NCBI GenBank assembly: GCA_034226945.1
Contig: CP120463.1
Coordinates: 558,001 to 622,000 of the forward strand
Length of the DNA: 64,000 nucleotides
Source of the DNA: Picochlorum sp. SENEW3
Lineage: Eukaryota
Reading direction: 5' to 3'
Every line of letters starts with the position of its first letter. Positions within the stretch are counted from its first letter, which is position 1. The notes under the pieces were generated by a model, which made no database searches, had not been told where the DNA came from, and worked only from the letters and a program-made list of their open reading frames with translations. Below are positions 43,201-56,446 of the stretch, piece after piece. The position numbers and the translations under genes are program-made.

Positions 43201-44937
43201 CTATACAACTGCATATATTGCGTCTGTGCTAGCTCCACAGCCGTGATTGTTCCGCGAAATTTTAACGTATCCTTCGTCGCCCCAGTGTTCTGACCACGAG
43301 TTCTTGACAATGTAATAGTCACCGCCAACAGGATCTGTACCATAGCCAACCAAGAGTACCGAATGGTCCAGGTCGTCTGGCCTCCACATGCAGGCAGGCT
43401 CGTTATATACACCTTCTGAGTAGAATGTGAACGAATCCTGACTGGCATCGATACTTATTGCCACGGCTCCTCTAGAGTAGACAGCCTCATGCAAGGCATC
43501 ATCATTGAATTGAGGTATCCTGGCATAACCTTTTGCTGTCGCGACCTTGTCTATATTCTTCTCCATGCAATAGTTTCCTTGTCCTAAATAGTTATAATCA
43601 GATGATGATGCGATTCCCCCTGCATCGATAATGTGTCCAATACCTGCATAGGCATCTCCACCATTGCAGGCTGAGGCAGCAGCTTCATTTCCCTCCACAT
43701 ATCCCCACGAGCAGTCCATAACTTGCTGCTCAGAGAACCTTTCTGAAGTTCCATGGACTTTGTTCCACGCCGACTCTAACGTGCCAACTGCACCAAACGC
43801 CCAGCAGCTCCCACAATTGGCCTGATCCTTCACAAGTCCTGCCACTGGAGTACCCCTCCAGTCAACAGAGGAGGGAATGGAACTGATAGCTGTCAACGGC
43901 TCGTATGGTATCTCATGCTTATCATTTTTTTTATCATTGGTGCTCTTCTGGCCGTGCCTTGGAAGCATGACCGCCAGGAATTCTTCCCTTGACCAATCAG
44001 CAAATCTGTTCATTGCCATGGTGTACGTCTTTGATGGGTTGGAGTTGTGCGACTCAATCATATTTCTATTGCACTCAAATATCAGAGATCTCATTGTATA
44101 CTCTTGCAGAGAAGCATGGCGCCGAGGGCCGTACTGAGAAAGGAAGGCATCATAGCCTGCATGACCACCACTATATGTGATTCTTGGCAGCATGCCATGC
44201 CATCGCATAGCCATAGATGTTTGCCTTCTACCTTCTTCTCCGACCTCCTCGCATACACCCGGAATGGAAAACACATGCTTATGAGGAGGTGAAGGGTCGT
44301 ATGACGTGTAATCCATCACCCATTCGTCCAGATGTGCACCAGAGAAGAGCTCTGTGCCAATCGCATGGAGTCTCAAAGGCGCCTGATCTGGCTTGGAGAC
44401 ATAGAATTTGTACTGGATCTTTTTCTCCTCAAATTGAGCTTCATATTGAAATAAAAGAGCGTCGCGTCCTCGAAAATGGAGGGATCCTACATATTCCCAT
44501 CCTGAAATGTCTGGCAGAGCTTCCAATGTCTCCTCACCCACATCAGAAACAGTGCATGTCTGTTTCTGCAACCGTGGGACCACCTCATACTGCTGCGAGC
44601 CATCCATCAAAAGAATGTTGGTCCCATTCATTGTTTCCATCAAAACCTGGCTTCCACGCTTACGATGCGTACGCTTGTGAAAAGAAACATCATAAGAAAT
44701 AGCCTCCTCTTGAATAGTCCTGGTGTATGGTAGCGAGAACACATAGGACAATGAGTACGACTCCGGCCATACAATATCCAGAGAAGACCTTTCAGCATGC
44801 TGATGACAATGCGCATTGTCATTCTGAAGGGCGGCGTCTGTGTTGTCTCGTGTCATGGCCAGGGCTGTCTGCCCCCGTTCGAAACTGAGAACGACCAGCC
44901 CTGCATATACGATGAGATACAGCCGCCTATTCATCAT
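43201..44937 (-). CDS. Papain-family (C1A) cysteine protease with long N-terminal domain and I29 prodomain (26/29-kDa proteinase-like)
   Basis: Signal peptide, MNRFADW prodomain motif, DQANCGSCWAF, LDHSVLLVGYG, KNSWSEHWGDEGY. Confidence 0.93.
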   Translation of the reverse strand: MMNRRLYLIVYAGLVVLSFERGQTALAMTRDNTDAALQNDNAHCHQHAERSSLDIVWPESYSLSYVFSLPYTRTIQEEAISYDVSFHKRTHRKRGSQVLMETMNGTNILLMDGSQQYEVVPRLQKQTCTVSDVGEETLEALPDISGWEYVGSLHFRGRDALLFQYEAQFEEKKIQYKFYVSKPDQAPLRLHAIGTELFSGAHLDEWVMDYTSYDPSPPHKHVFSIPGVCEEVGEEGRRQTSMAMRWHGMLPRITYSGGHAGYDAFLSQYGPRRHASLQEYTMRSLIFECNRNMIESHNSNPSKTYTMAMNRFADWSREEFLAVMLPRHGQKSTNDKKNDKHEIPYEPLTAISSIPSSVDWRGTPVAGLVKDQANCGSCWAFGAVGTLESAWNKVHGTSERFSEQQVMDCSWGYVEGNEAAASACNGGDAYAGIGHIIDAGGIASSSDYNYLGQGNYCMEKNIDKVATAKGYARIPQFNDDALHEAVYSRGAVAISIDASQDSFTFYSEGVYNEPACMWRPDDLDHSVLLVGYGTDPVGGDYYIVKNSWSEHWGDEGYVKISRNNHGCGASTDAIYAVV

Positions 44938-44979
44938 TCTGAGGAATAATTTTTTACATATAGTGAGAATAAATTTGAA

Positions 44980-47900
44980 TTATGCTGCCGTAGACAAGGT
45001 TGGAATTTTGAACCCTGATTTTCGAATGACCGGAAGGCATCTTTCGCATATTTCCGCGTGCTCTTGATCCATGCCAACCTGGGTGCTGTAATTCCAGCAA
45101 CGGGCACATTTTGAGCCCTCAGCCTTGTTGATTCCAACAGTGAAACTTCCTTTAAAGGTTCCTTCGAGGCTTCCAGTTGAGCTATAGAGGGCTTCCTGGG
45201 CCGTGGATGGATCATTGACCAGTTTGACATCTGATGTGATGAAGGCATATCGGAGGGCATCCTGACCATTGTCAGAAGCTTGGAGATCCTCCAATGCTTC
45301 GAAAAGGCCAGCGTCTTCTACATGTAGGACTACATTAGCTTCAAGGGAGGATCCAAGTGCCTTTTCTACTCTGGCTTTCTCGAGTTGCTGATTGACCTCG
45401 TCTCGAATGGCCAAGATGGATTTCCATGTACTTTCGAATTCCTGTGAGACGTTCCATTCCTCATCCACATGTGTCCACCCGTTCAAGAAGATGCTCTTCT
45501 TTGACACTGGATATGGAAGATTCTGCCATGCATCCTCAGCCATATGAGGTGTTAAAGGTGCAATGATTGGAAGGAGTCCCATCAGAAGATGGTTCAGGAC
45601 TGTCTGGCATGCCCTCCTGCTCTCGTTTGTTGGCTCGCTGACGTATAACCTGTCTTTGACGACATCTAAATAAAAATTGGACAAGTCTAATACCACAAAA
45701 CGCTGCACTGCTTGGTATACTCTATAGAATTGATAGTTGTCATAAGCTGCTCTGCATTCATTCAGCAGAGTTGCAAAGCGATTCAGAATGTATTTGTCAG
45801 TTGCTGGGAGATCCTTGTACTCAACAGTGTTGTTCTCTGGATCAAAGTCGGACAGGTTTCCTAGAATGTAGCGGAGAGTGAAACGCGTTTTTCGATACAC
45901 GTCTGCTACTTGGCTAATAATCCTATCCCCGATGAGTACATCAGATGTGTAGTCTACAGAAGCAACCCACAGGCGAAGAACATCAGCACCATACGCTGGC
46001 TCTTTCTTCTGGTTATCACCTCCCAGGATGACTTTACGCGGATCCACAACATTTCCAACACTTTTAGACATTTTCATACCCTTGTCATCGAGTACAAAGC
46101 CATGGGTCAACACACTCTTGTAGGGGGCCACGCCTTCGGATGCCACGGATGTCAAGAGGGAGCTTTGGAACCATCCTCGATGTTGATCACTACCTTCGAG
46201 ATACAAATCCGCAGGGTGATCCAAACCCTCCCTCTGACCAAGTACTCCAGACCAACTTGAACCAGAGTCAAACCACACATCCATGGTGTCTGTTCCTTTC
46301 TTCAGTTTAGGAGCCATCTCTCTGTAGCTCTCCGGAAGCAAATCCACAACATCACGTTTGTACCATGCATCTGTTCCTTCCTTCTCAACGATGGAAACGA
46401 TATGCTCGATGGTTTCTTCGTTCATCAAAGGTTCTCCCGAATCAATATCGTAAAAGACTGGGATGGGCACTCCCCACGTCCTTTGCCTAGAAATGCACCA
46501 ATCAGAACGCCCTTCAGTCATGGCTGTAATGCGGTTCTCACCCGACTCTGGAATCCACTTGACTTCTTTGATTGCCGCCAAAGCTTCCTTTCTAAATCCT
46601 TCTACCGACGCAAACCATTGATCAGTAGCTCGTGTAATGGTAGGCTTTTTTGTTCTCCAATCATATGGATACCGATGGGCATACTCCTCCTCACACAACA
46701 GAGCCCCACCCGACTGCAGGGCCTCAACAACAGCACTCGTCCCTTCTGTTTGCACTTTCAACCCCGCAAAAGGTCCAGCTTCGTCAGTAAACACACCCGC
46801 ATCGTTCACAGGAGACAACAATGGAAGACCATACTTTTGACCAACCATGTAATCCTCCTGCCCATGGCCTGGTGCTGTATGCACCAACCCTGTACCAGCG
46901 TCAGTCGTAATATAGTCCCCACCAATCACCACTGGACTCACTCTATCAAACAATGGATGTCTGTATGTTGTTCCTTCGATATCAGACCCTTTGAACGAAC
47001 AAAGAACAGTCATATCTACTTTGAGTTTTTCCTTCAAGACTGATATCAGCTCCTCTGCCACAACCAACTTTGTCGCCTGACAAATGCTACCCTCTTTCGG
47101 AGTCACTTGGACAACCGCATAATCTAAAACTTCATTCACTCCAACAGCTAAATTCGCAGGAATCGTCCAAGGAGTAGTCGTCCAAACAGCAATAGATGCC
47201 CCATCCATGTGCTGCCTCACCTCCTCTGACATGGTCTCACTTGCCTTTTCAATAGGAAGCGCCACATAAATCGATCGAGATGTATGTCCATCTGGATATT
47301 CCAGTTCTGCCTCTGCAAGCGCTGTTCTTGACGAAGGACTCCAATACACTGGCTTCCTACCACGATAAATGTGCCCATTGGTAACCATTTTCCCAAACAC
47401 TCTAATCTGTGCAGCCTCATACTCTGGCTGCAGAGTCACATACGGTGCATCCCAGTCAGCCCAAATTCCATATCGCTTAAACTGCTCTTTCTGAGCCTCG
47501 ACAGTATCTAATGCAAACGTTGTTGCCTTTTCCCTCAGTGTAATAGGCGTCAGATCTTTGCGCTCAGAACTCTTCATGGATTGCAACACTTTCAACTCAA
47601 TCGGCAACCCATGCGTATCCCACCCTGGGACAAATCTCGCCTTTTTACCCAACAACAACTGATACTTGTTAATAAAATCTTTCAAGATTTTATTCAACGC
47701 ATGCCCAATATGAAGGTCACCATTTGCATACGGTGGCCCATCATGCAATATGTATGCCTCCCCCTCACGTTCAATCGCAAGCTCCTCATACACTCTATTC
47801 TTCTGCCAAAACTCCTGAATCTGAGGCTCTTTCACCACGGAATTCGCCCTCATATCAAAAGACGTTGTGGGCAGGTTGACAGTCTCACTGTATGGATCTG

Positions 47901-48335
47901 CACACCACCATGGTATTAGTATTTGAACAACCAAGCATACATACACCATCATCCCCACGTACTATCGTCTTTTTTCTTCTTTCTCCTCTCATTCTTTTGC
48001 GTTGCCATACAACGAACCTGTCCTCTTCCTGGCAGCGTCCCTACCATCCTACATGGTTCCGTAGGAACCATGGGAGGAGAGACTGGACGCCTCATCCCCA
48101 TTTTCATGAATCCACCAAACCGGCATGATTTCTGCACACACACAAACATGCATATGAGCCAAATGAATGACCAAAGACACACACTCTCACGCAACAGAGA
48201 GGAGAAGAGAGAACAACCTCCCCTGCCTAGCAGAGGGTAGAACCCTCTCGTGTCCCGACAACCACGCACCTGCTGCAAAGGCAATGCCGAGCCATACGCC
48301 TGACAGCGCCCAGAAAAAGTCAATCTCCCAGACAT
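44980..48335 (-). CDS. ileS: Isoleucyl-tRNA synthetase, organellar (bacterial type); introns 47898..47962 and probably 48132..48269
   Basis: HDGPPYANGDLHIGH, WTTTPWT, DWCISRQRTWGVP, KMSKS, C-terminal CARC...CERC zinc finger; transit-peptide exons. Confidence 0.96.
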
Positions 48336-48694
48336 TATTAATGGAAAATGATCAATATAGACCCCAGAATGTCCCTGCTGGAGGCGGAACAAGAGGCTCT
48401 GAATTCGCTGAGCAATTGTCACTGGACCACACAATCACCCCACAATCCACCTCTTGTAGTTTATATCGTATTACTATTGAATTTGAGATGCACACGTCTG
48501 GCACATTGTCACATCATGTGTTTTTTTGAGTTGATCCAGATACAAATTGGTATAAAAATGATTGATACCATCAACGCACCCCTTTGACCGAGTATGTACG
48601 GTACTGCCACCACACTCCTTCGATCAACCTACCCTTGACCAAATCCACGACTGATAATGCTTGAATAATAAAAGATTACTTTACAATAGCCAAG

Positions 48695-51600
48695 ATGGAG
48701 GCTAGATTGACTCATACCAAGGCCATGGTAAGCCATCCTTTCCGATTGAAAGGAGGCTTGACACTGCGCCATGCGGTGGGTCGTCATGCACCGTATTTGC
48801 GAGCGACAATTAAACCACACGCTCGGAGGATGCGAATGTCTCATGTTGTTAAAGTGGTTGCTGATGGTTCTGAGGGAGCAACTGTGCGTTCTTGTGTCAT
48901 TGGATGGGCTTGCTCAATTAGGGATGCGCCGAACTTGTATCTGTCCTTGCCCGGATATGTGATTAATTCTTCATTATTTGTGATGCAGAAATCACCCGAG
49001 TTGTCTGATACTCCGTTTAAGAAGATTATGGCTGCGAACCGAGGGGAAATTGCAGTGCGTATTACTCGGGCAGGGTTGGAGCTTGGTCTCCAGACGGTGC
49101 GTTGCTGCTGTTTGATGGAGATGTGTATTGTGGGATGTGCTCATGGTGTTTTGGGGTGCAGTTGGCAATTTATAGTGCTGCTGATCGGCTTCAGCCGCAT
49201 CGATTCAAAGCTGATGAGTCGTATCAGGTTGGGTCAAAGGATATGACCCCAGTGCAGTGCTACCTGGATTACTCTGGTATTGTCAAGTTGGCAAAGGCGC
49301 AGGGGGTGGATGTGATTCATCCCGGGTATGGATTTTTGTCTGAGAATTCCAACTTTGCCAGGGAGTGTGCGGAAAATGGTATTACGTTTGTTGGTCCACT
49401 TCCAGAGACGATTGATGCCATGGGTGATAAAACTGCTGCACGAAAGATGGCAGAGGAATGCAATGTGCCTGTGGTGCAGGGAATCAATGAGCCAATTATG
49501 TCTTCGGATGATGCCAAGGTGTTTGCTGGAAGTATTGGGTATCCGGTGATGATCAAGGCTCGTTCTGGAGGTGGTGGTAGAGGTATGCGTGTTGTGAGGG
49601 GGGAGGATGAGATGGATGAGCTCTTCCAGAGGGCATCGAATGAAGCCGCGGCTGCGTTCGGAGATGGAGCCATGTTTGTAGAAAAGTTTGTGGAGGATCC
49701 TCGTCATATTGAAATTCAGATTCTTGCGGATAATTATGGCAATGTTGTACACTTGTATGAGAGGGATTGCTCTGTTCAGAGGCGTCATCAGAAGGTTGTT
49801 GAGATTGCTCCAGCGCCGAATTTGTCTGATGATATCAGACAACAGTTGTATGCTGATGCAGTCAAGATTGCAAAGCATTGCGGGTATCGCAATGCGGGAA
49901 CTGTGGAGTTTATGGTTGACAAGTATGGGAAGCATTACTTCCTTGAAGTGAATCCAAGAATTCAGGTGGAGCATACTGTGACGGAAGAAATTACCGGAGT
50001 GGATTTGGTTCAGGCGCAGATTAAAATTGCTGGTGGGAAATCGCTGGCGGAGATTGGATTTGATGGTCAGGAGAATGTTCCTGCTCCAAATGGGTATGCT
50101 ATTCAGTGTCGTGTGACGACAGAGGATCCAGAGAGGAATTTCCAGCCAGATTTTGGTAGAATTTCTGCATATAGATCTGCTGGAGGTCCTGGAGTTCGAT
50201 TAGATGGAGCGATGGGATCAGGAAATACGATATCTCCATTCTATGATTCCCTATTGGTCAAGGTGATTTGCAAGGCCTCGTCATTTGCTGCAACAGTTCA
50301 AAAAATGCAGAGGGCATTGTATGAATTCCATGTGCGAGGGGTCAAGACAAACATTCCATTCTTAGAAAACGTGTTCCATCACTCTGAGTTTTTGTCCGGG
50401 GAAGCGACGACCTCGTTTATAGAGAACCACCCAGAGCTTTTTGATTTTGGTGCGTCTGGGGCATCTGAGAGCCACAAGGTGCTCTCCTACCTGGCAGAGA
50501 TGATTGTGAACGGTCCAAAGCATCCAGGTGCTGTTGGTCCACCACCACCAAAGATTACTCCACTTGATCCAGTGATTCCACAAGACTGTGATCCAGCCAT
50601 TCCCCCCACAGGATGGAGAAATGTCTTGCTGGCAAAGGGTCCAGAGGGTTGGGCTGCTGCTGTGAGGGAGCACAGGAAGACCAGAGGTGTCTTGCTGACT
50701 GATACGACTATGCGAGATGCCCATCAATCATTGATTGCAACTAGAATGAGAACACATGATATGCTTAAAGCAGCGCCGGCAACAGCCCACATCCTCAGGA
50801 ATGCTGGGTCTTTGGAAATGTGGGGTGGAGCCACTTTTGATGTTGCCTTGCGCTTCCTCCAGGAGTGTCCGTGGAGACGTCTTGAATTGTTGAGAGAAAA
50901 AATACCAAATATTCCTTTCCAAATGCTTTTACGTGGAGCAAACGCTGTAGGATACACAACATATGCTGATAATGTTGTTAATGAGTTTGTTCTGGAGGCC
51001 AGAAGAGCTGGCATAGATATTTTCAGAGTATTCGACTCTTTGAATGACATTGATCAGTTGAAATTCGGTATGGATGCTGTCCGTGCAGCCGACGGAGTGG
51101 TAGAAGGCACAATTTGTTACACAGGGGACGTGACAAACCCTGCGGGAACAAAATACACCTTGGAGTACTACATCAACCTTGCTGACCAACTTGTGGCTCA
51201 TGGAACACACTCCCTTGCAATCAAAGATATGGCTGGCTTACTGAAACCAAGAGCTGCAACCATGCTCATCGGGGCATTGAGAGAGAGGTTCCCAGATGTG
51301 CCAATTCATGTCCATACGCATGACACAGCAGGAACTGGAGTTGCCACACAGTTGGCAGCAGCTGCCGCAGGAGCTGATATTGTGGATTGCTGCATCGACT
51401 CCATGAGTGGTACAACTTCACAGCCATCCATGGGAGCAATTATCCATTCATTGAGTGGAACAGAGCTGGATACAGGAATCAACCCTGAGGATTTGCTGTC
51501 GCTGATTGACTATTGGGATGGTACACGACAGCTGTATTCACCATTCGAATCCACCCTCAGATCACCATCTTCAGAAGTATACTACCACGAAATGCCTGGA

Positions 51601-52599
51601 GGCCAGTACACAAACCTGAAATTCCAGGCACAGAGTCTTGGCCTCGGAGAGGAATGGCAAAAGGTGAAGAATGCCTATGCAGCTGCAAACCGCGCATTGG
51701 GTGATATTGTCAAGGTAACTCCATCATCAAAGGTGGTAGGAGACCTCGCTCAGTTCATGGTATCCAATGGAATAGAAGATGAGCACGCGCTTGTTGAAAG
51801 AGCAGAGAGCCTCAGCTTGCCATCCTCAGTCATAGAGTTCCTTCAGGGATGCATTGGACACCCTGTTGGAGGCTTCCCAGAGCCCCTTCGCTCCAGAGTC
51901 GTCAAAGACCGACCAACCATCAACGGACGCCCAGGAGCTTCCTTAGACCCAGTCAACATGGCAGATTTGCACACAGCATTGAAAGAAAAGTTTGAGGGCT
52001 CTAAAATATCCCACAGAGACTTGCTCTCAGCAGCCATGTACCCCAAAGTATTCGATGACTACATGCATTTCAAATCCTTATATTCCAAGCATTTGGAGCA
52101 CCTTCCAACTCGTGCATTCTTAGCTCCACTCGACGTCGACGAGGATATTGATGTCGAGTTATCCAAGGGAAATGTGGTCAACATCAAATACAAGGCCAAG
52201 GGAGAGCTGCAGCCATCAGGCATGAGAGAAGTCTTCTTCGAAGCAAATGGAATCCCACGAGTCGTTGAAGTACGAGACACCAACCAATCAAAGACTGGCG
52301 GCTCCTCAAAGGTACAAGCAAGAGACAAAGCAGACCCATCAGACATTGGATCCGTTGCCTCCCCAATGTCTGGCGAAGTCATCGATGTCAAAGCAAAACC
52401 AGGAGAAAAAGTCCAGGCAGGAGAGACACTGATCGTCCTCAGTGCCATGAAAATGGAAACATCTGTCGCTGCCCCGTGCTCTGGAACAATAAGGCATGTT
52501 GCTGTCATTAAAGGCGACCAACTCGACACTGGAGATTTACTCGTGTCCATCAATGCCGGAGAAGAGGTGGTTGAGAATGAAAAGGAAGCAGTCCTGTAA
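48695..52599 (+). CDS. PYC: Pyruvate carboxylase with transit peptide; introns 48884..48988 and 49097..49161
   Basis: ANRGEIAVR, GGGGRGMR, RDCSVQRRHQK (biotin carboxylase), RDAHQS and WGGATFD (carboxyltransferase), AMKME biotin attachment site. Confidence 0.97.
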
Positions 52600-52708
52600 A
52601 TCTTACCTCTGCGTACCATTCTGATGAGAAATATATATTGTTCAATTCATATGTAACCCATTCAATTCATACGAATGAGTATTGATCGACACAGAGAGTA
52701 GAATATCC

Positions 52709-53810
52709 ATGAGTGTCCCAGTCAATCGGCGCTCGTCTTCTACCCATACAGAGGAACAACAGCCTCTCTTTGACTCCAAATTGGTCATTTTGGTATGTTA
52801 ATAAGTATATTTGTAGTTCTAGATAGGGTTTTATCACTCATGGCGTTGTAGGTCACTGGGTGTTCCTCAGGCCTGGGAGAAGCGGTTGCGTTGTACCTTT
52901 CACAACAACCACGTGTACAGTACGTTTGCATCGCATGGAATGCATTCCTCTTGTCATGTCATACGATTGCTTGCTCTTACGACATTCAATATCCTCCTGC
53001 AGTGTGATTGCCACCTCTAGAAAGCCACTGGCACAAGACCATGTTTTACGAGGCTCTTCTGCAATTGATCTTCAAATACTGGACGTGACAAGCCCAGACA
53101 GCTGTCAAGAATGCTTCGAGTACATCAAAACAGCGTATGGATACCTGTCATGTGTGGTCAACAATGCTGGACTGAGTCGATTTGGTCCTGTTGCGGAGCA
53201 ATCCATTGAGGATGAATTTATGACAGTCTTCTCAACAAATGTGTTTGGTGCTGTACGGGTGGTACAGCATGCTGTTCCCCTCATGCTACAAAAAGGAGGT
53301 TTGATTGTGAATATTGGGTCCGTGACATCGTTTCTGACGACACCGTGGAGTTCGGCATACTCGAGCAGCAAAGCAGCCTTGCTGAGTATAACATCAGCCA
53401 TGAGGCAAGAACTGGCTCCGTTTGGTATCGATGTGACTTTCGCGATGGCTGGAGCAATCAAAAGTAATTTTGGAAATAATAGTGCCATGTCTGACTTTAG
53501 CAAGTATGACACGGCAACAAGTCTGTATCAGCCATATGCTAGGGCAATTTCACAACGAGCATTCATGTCTCAGGGTAAAGATGCTGTCCCTGCGGAGGCC
53601 GTGTCTCGGGATGTATGGAATGTGATACAGAGACGGTTTGAAAAGGGAAAAAAGCCTGGTCTATGGTTTTATACTGGAGGAAAGAGCCGATTCTTGTACA
53701 TCTTGGGGGTGATACAAAAGTGCCTTGATATTCTGGTGGAGAAGCTTCTCATGAGACAGAATAACCTCAGCACGAGTCCTCCTCCCACTGCTACTGGCAA
53801 GCGCGCATGA
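52709..53810 (+). CDS. Short-chain dehydrogenase/reductase (AYR1/YbbO-like); introns 52793..52851 and 52920..53002
   Basis: Spliced VIL|VTGCSSGLG Rossmann motif, VNNAG, YSSSK catalytic motif, RQELAPFGI. Confidence 0.88.
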
Positions 53811-53836
53811 TTGAATTACACTATATATATATGATA

Positions 53837-54748
53837 TTATCCAAATGGAGATTTGACCGATTTGGTCTTTTTCGGCTTGGCCCTCCCCCCGGATGCTGCC
53901 AGCCTGTTGAGCAGATCAATCACCCCACTGAATTCAAATGGAGGCATGAGAGTGCCACTCAGAATCTCACGCTCTCCGCACGCATCACTATATACTTTGT
54001 CATTCAAATACGCATCTGGATATGTCCGTATAAATTCTATGCTAAAATCAACCATCATCGCCTGCATTCTAAAGTACTTGGCCATCAGGCCACCCTTGCT
54101 GTCAATATTGATGACATTGTCCACCTGACTCGTCGAATCCAGACTCACAGATCTGATGTACGCCCCATCCATATCAATTAGAAACTGCAAGTTTGCCCCA
54201 AACTTACCCTTTTTCCCTAATGCATAGTCCAACGCTTCTTCATTCATCAATGCCAGGCAAATCCCACTGGACAAGCGACCAAAGGAAAACCCTATCCCAA
54301 CACCCCGCCCTTTGGTAAAATATGGCGCAGACCATGATATATTTCCCTCCTCATCTACAATCTTTCTCGTAATAAATCCAGTTTCATTCTCAATACTAAC
54401 CAAACAGCCCCATTTGCGCTTGAATAAAAAAGCCAACGCAGTTGGCTTTGCAAAAGCAGAGTGGGGCATGGCTGCCTTCTGACGTGGCCCATGTAACCCA
54501 TCTGGCTGCTCACTCGTTAAATTGTTCAGAAATTTGACTACTTCGTTGGACCATTTCATCAGGGCTTCATGACGAGCGTTGGTGAGTGAGGACGATCGTC
54601 GACTGTCCATGGACTGGGTTCCCTGGAAAGAGGCCGTGCTCTGTCCAAGATACTCGTCCCTACTCATTTTTTTAAAGTAGTTTTTTTGTTGGATCCATGC
54701 CATGCCATGGCATGGGTTCTCTATTTGGTCAATTGCTTTGGATTCCAA
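53837..54748 (-). CDS. SYLF/Ysc84 domain protein (start uncertain)
   Basis: G.GF...WSAP...G.G.GFSFG...L.LMNEEAL...LNDKVY...EILSG pattern. Confidence 0.7.
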   Translation of the reverse strand: MESKAIDQIENPCHGMAWIQQKNYFKKMSRDEYLGQSTASFQGTQSMDSRRSSSLTNARHEALMKWSNEVVKFLNNLTSEQPDGLHGPRQKAAMPHSAFAKPTALAFLFKRKWGCLVSIENETGFITRKIVDEEGNISWSAPYFTKGRGVGIGFSFGRLSSGICLALMNEEALDYALGKKGKFGANLQFLIDMDGAYIRSVSLDSTSQVDNVINIDSKGGLMAKYFRMQAMMVDFSIEFIRTYPDAYLNDKVYSDACGEREILSGTLMPPFEFSGVIDLLNRLAASGGRAKPKKTKSVKSPFG

Positions 54749-54863
54749 CCAAACATGCTATATTAAGAACGCATCATGCGTTGCATGTTCAAACAAAAGA
54801 AAGGCACTTGCGTCCCATGCATGGGCTTTATAGTGAATGCAGATAATTTCTCTGCTGTATAGT

Positions 54864-56438
54864 ATGGATGCAGAGAAGATTGAGCGCTTGCGCTCCAAAG
54901 CTGTGTTTCGAGCTGTAGAAAAGTACGTGGTATGGGTTATATTTGATGCAACAGACGCTCTTATGTTACATTTATATTACAGATTGATAGAAGATGAGGG
55001 GGATGGGAGTAGATTAGTGTCACAGGAGGGGGTGTGGAGGGCAACCCGTTGCATGTCTGGAGAGGAATTTGAATTGTCCTTGGAGGAGCGGTCCTTGGTG
55101 GGTGTCTGTGGGAATCCTTCTTGTTCTAATCGTATAGAGGGTAAAGTAGGCGATAAGGGGCGGAAGAAGGCGTATGTGTGCTGTTCGGTGTTTTGTTATG
55201 AAGCTGTTGAGGAGGTTGCGGAGAGACTTGGGAGTCGGAAGGATGCTGCGGAGCGGTTTATGGCACTATACGAATCTGCGAAATATCAGCGTGAGAAGAA
55301 GAAGAAAGACGAAGAGCGGGAAAGGGTGGAAGAGAATAAAAGTCCATCATCATCGTCTGGCACTGGTCGGTCTCATGCTGCTGCTGCTGGAGAGCAGCTT
55401 GCTGCTGGGACAAGGAAAGCTCCTGTGATGAAGGCTGTGGTGCAGGAGAGGACGACCAAAGGGCGTGCAAAAAAGAAAGAATCTTCGTATGATTTTCAGA
55501 CTATTGAGGGGTACAGGCCAAAGAATGCAAAGAAAGATGGTCAACAACAAGAGAGACGGGTGCGCTTCTCTGATGAAGAGGGTGGTGCAGAACAGAGCAA
55601 TGGTATGACGGGTAATGCTGCCCGCTTTGTATTTGATATTGAGGATCCAAAAGGTCATGTGGAGGGCGATGTGACGTCTTTGGGGGATCAATTTGGGACA
55701 CTTCGTGTGGTGGAGTCGAATGACACACAGTACAATCATGAGGCGCCTCATCAGCCACCAGCTGCAGCTGCACAGGTTGACGAGATCTTGGCAAAGACGA
55801 TGCGCGAGGGAGCCGCAAAATACTTTCCTCATTTGAAATCATGCATTCCATCGGAATTATACGATGGTCATGATGACGATGAGAGTGAGGATGATACATA
55901 TGATGATGATGATGATGAATGGATGCGCAGTGATGATGATGTGGCATCAGATGACGACAACGTTCCCATTCATTGCCATAAAACCTTCTTCACAGAAGTC
56001 TTCTCCTTCTTTGATCTCTGGATTACAGATTACACAATTGCTCTCATGCGATCAGAAAATGGACATATGGACACATCGCTGCCTCAAGTGCCAGAGATTA
56101 TGACTGCGATGCAGCGCTTCTTGTCTATTGCATGCAGCACTCTAGCAGCCAAGCTTTGCGCACAAAATCATCAACGGACTATTACAGATAGCGTGGGACA
56201 AGTTGTTCGAACATTCCGATTAGATCAGGCATTGCCAGCATTCCAATCAAAGCAGTGGGTGATTGTCGCCCTCATCATCTTGAAGGCACAGTCATTATCA
56301 TCACACCCAGAATATCAAGAATTTACAGACAGCAGAGCTGCCATATCTCGAATTGGCACTGTGTTATCTGATGCGAATTTCACTGTGGAGGAATTCTATG
56401 CTGTCTTGGAGCTATTTCTTCTCGGGGACGACACATGA
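54864..56438 (+). CDS. RPAP2/Rtr1-like RNA polymerase II CTD phosphatase; probable in-frame intron 54923..54982
   Basis: EERSLVGVCGNPSCSN...YVCCSVFC Rtr1 zinc finger; C-terminal TFRLDQALP..KQW motif as in plant RPAP2. Confidence 0.78.
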   Translation: MDAEKIERLRSKAVFRAVEKYVVWVIFDATDALMLHLYYRLIEDEGDGSRLVSQEGVWRATRCMSGEEFELSLEERSLVGVCGNPSCSNRIEGKVGDKGRKKAYVCCSVFCYEAVEEVAERLGSRKDAAERFMALYESAKYQREKKKKDEERERVEENKSPSSSSGTGRSHAAAAGEQLAAGTRKAPVMKAVVQERTTKGRAKKKESSYDFQTIEGYRPKNAKKDGQQQERRVRFSDEEGGAEQSNGMTGNAARFVFDIEDPKGHVEGDVTSLGDQFGTLRVVESNDTQYNHEAPHQPPAAAAQVDEILAKTMREGAAKYFPHLKSCIPSELYDGHDDDESEDDTYDDDDDEWMRSDDDVASDDDNVPIHCHKTFFTEVFSFFDLWITDYTIALMRSENGHMDTSLPQVPEIMTAMQRFLSIACSTLAAKLCAQNHQRTITDSVGQVVRTFRLDQALPAFQSKQWVIVALIILKAQSLSSHPEYQEFTDSRAAISRIGTVLSDANFTVEEFYAVLELFLLGDDT

Positions 56439-56446
56439 GAACACCA

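Noticed and set aside
52701..52708. P1BS-like GAATATCC immediately before the SDR ATG
   Set aside because: A short degenerate motif expected many times by chance, with no supporting context.
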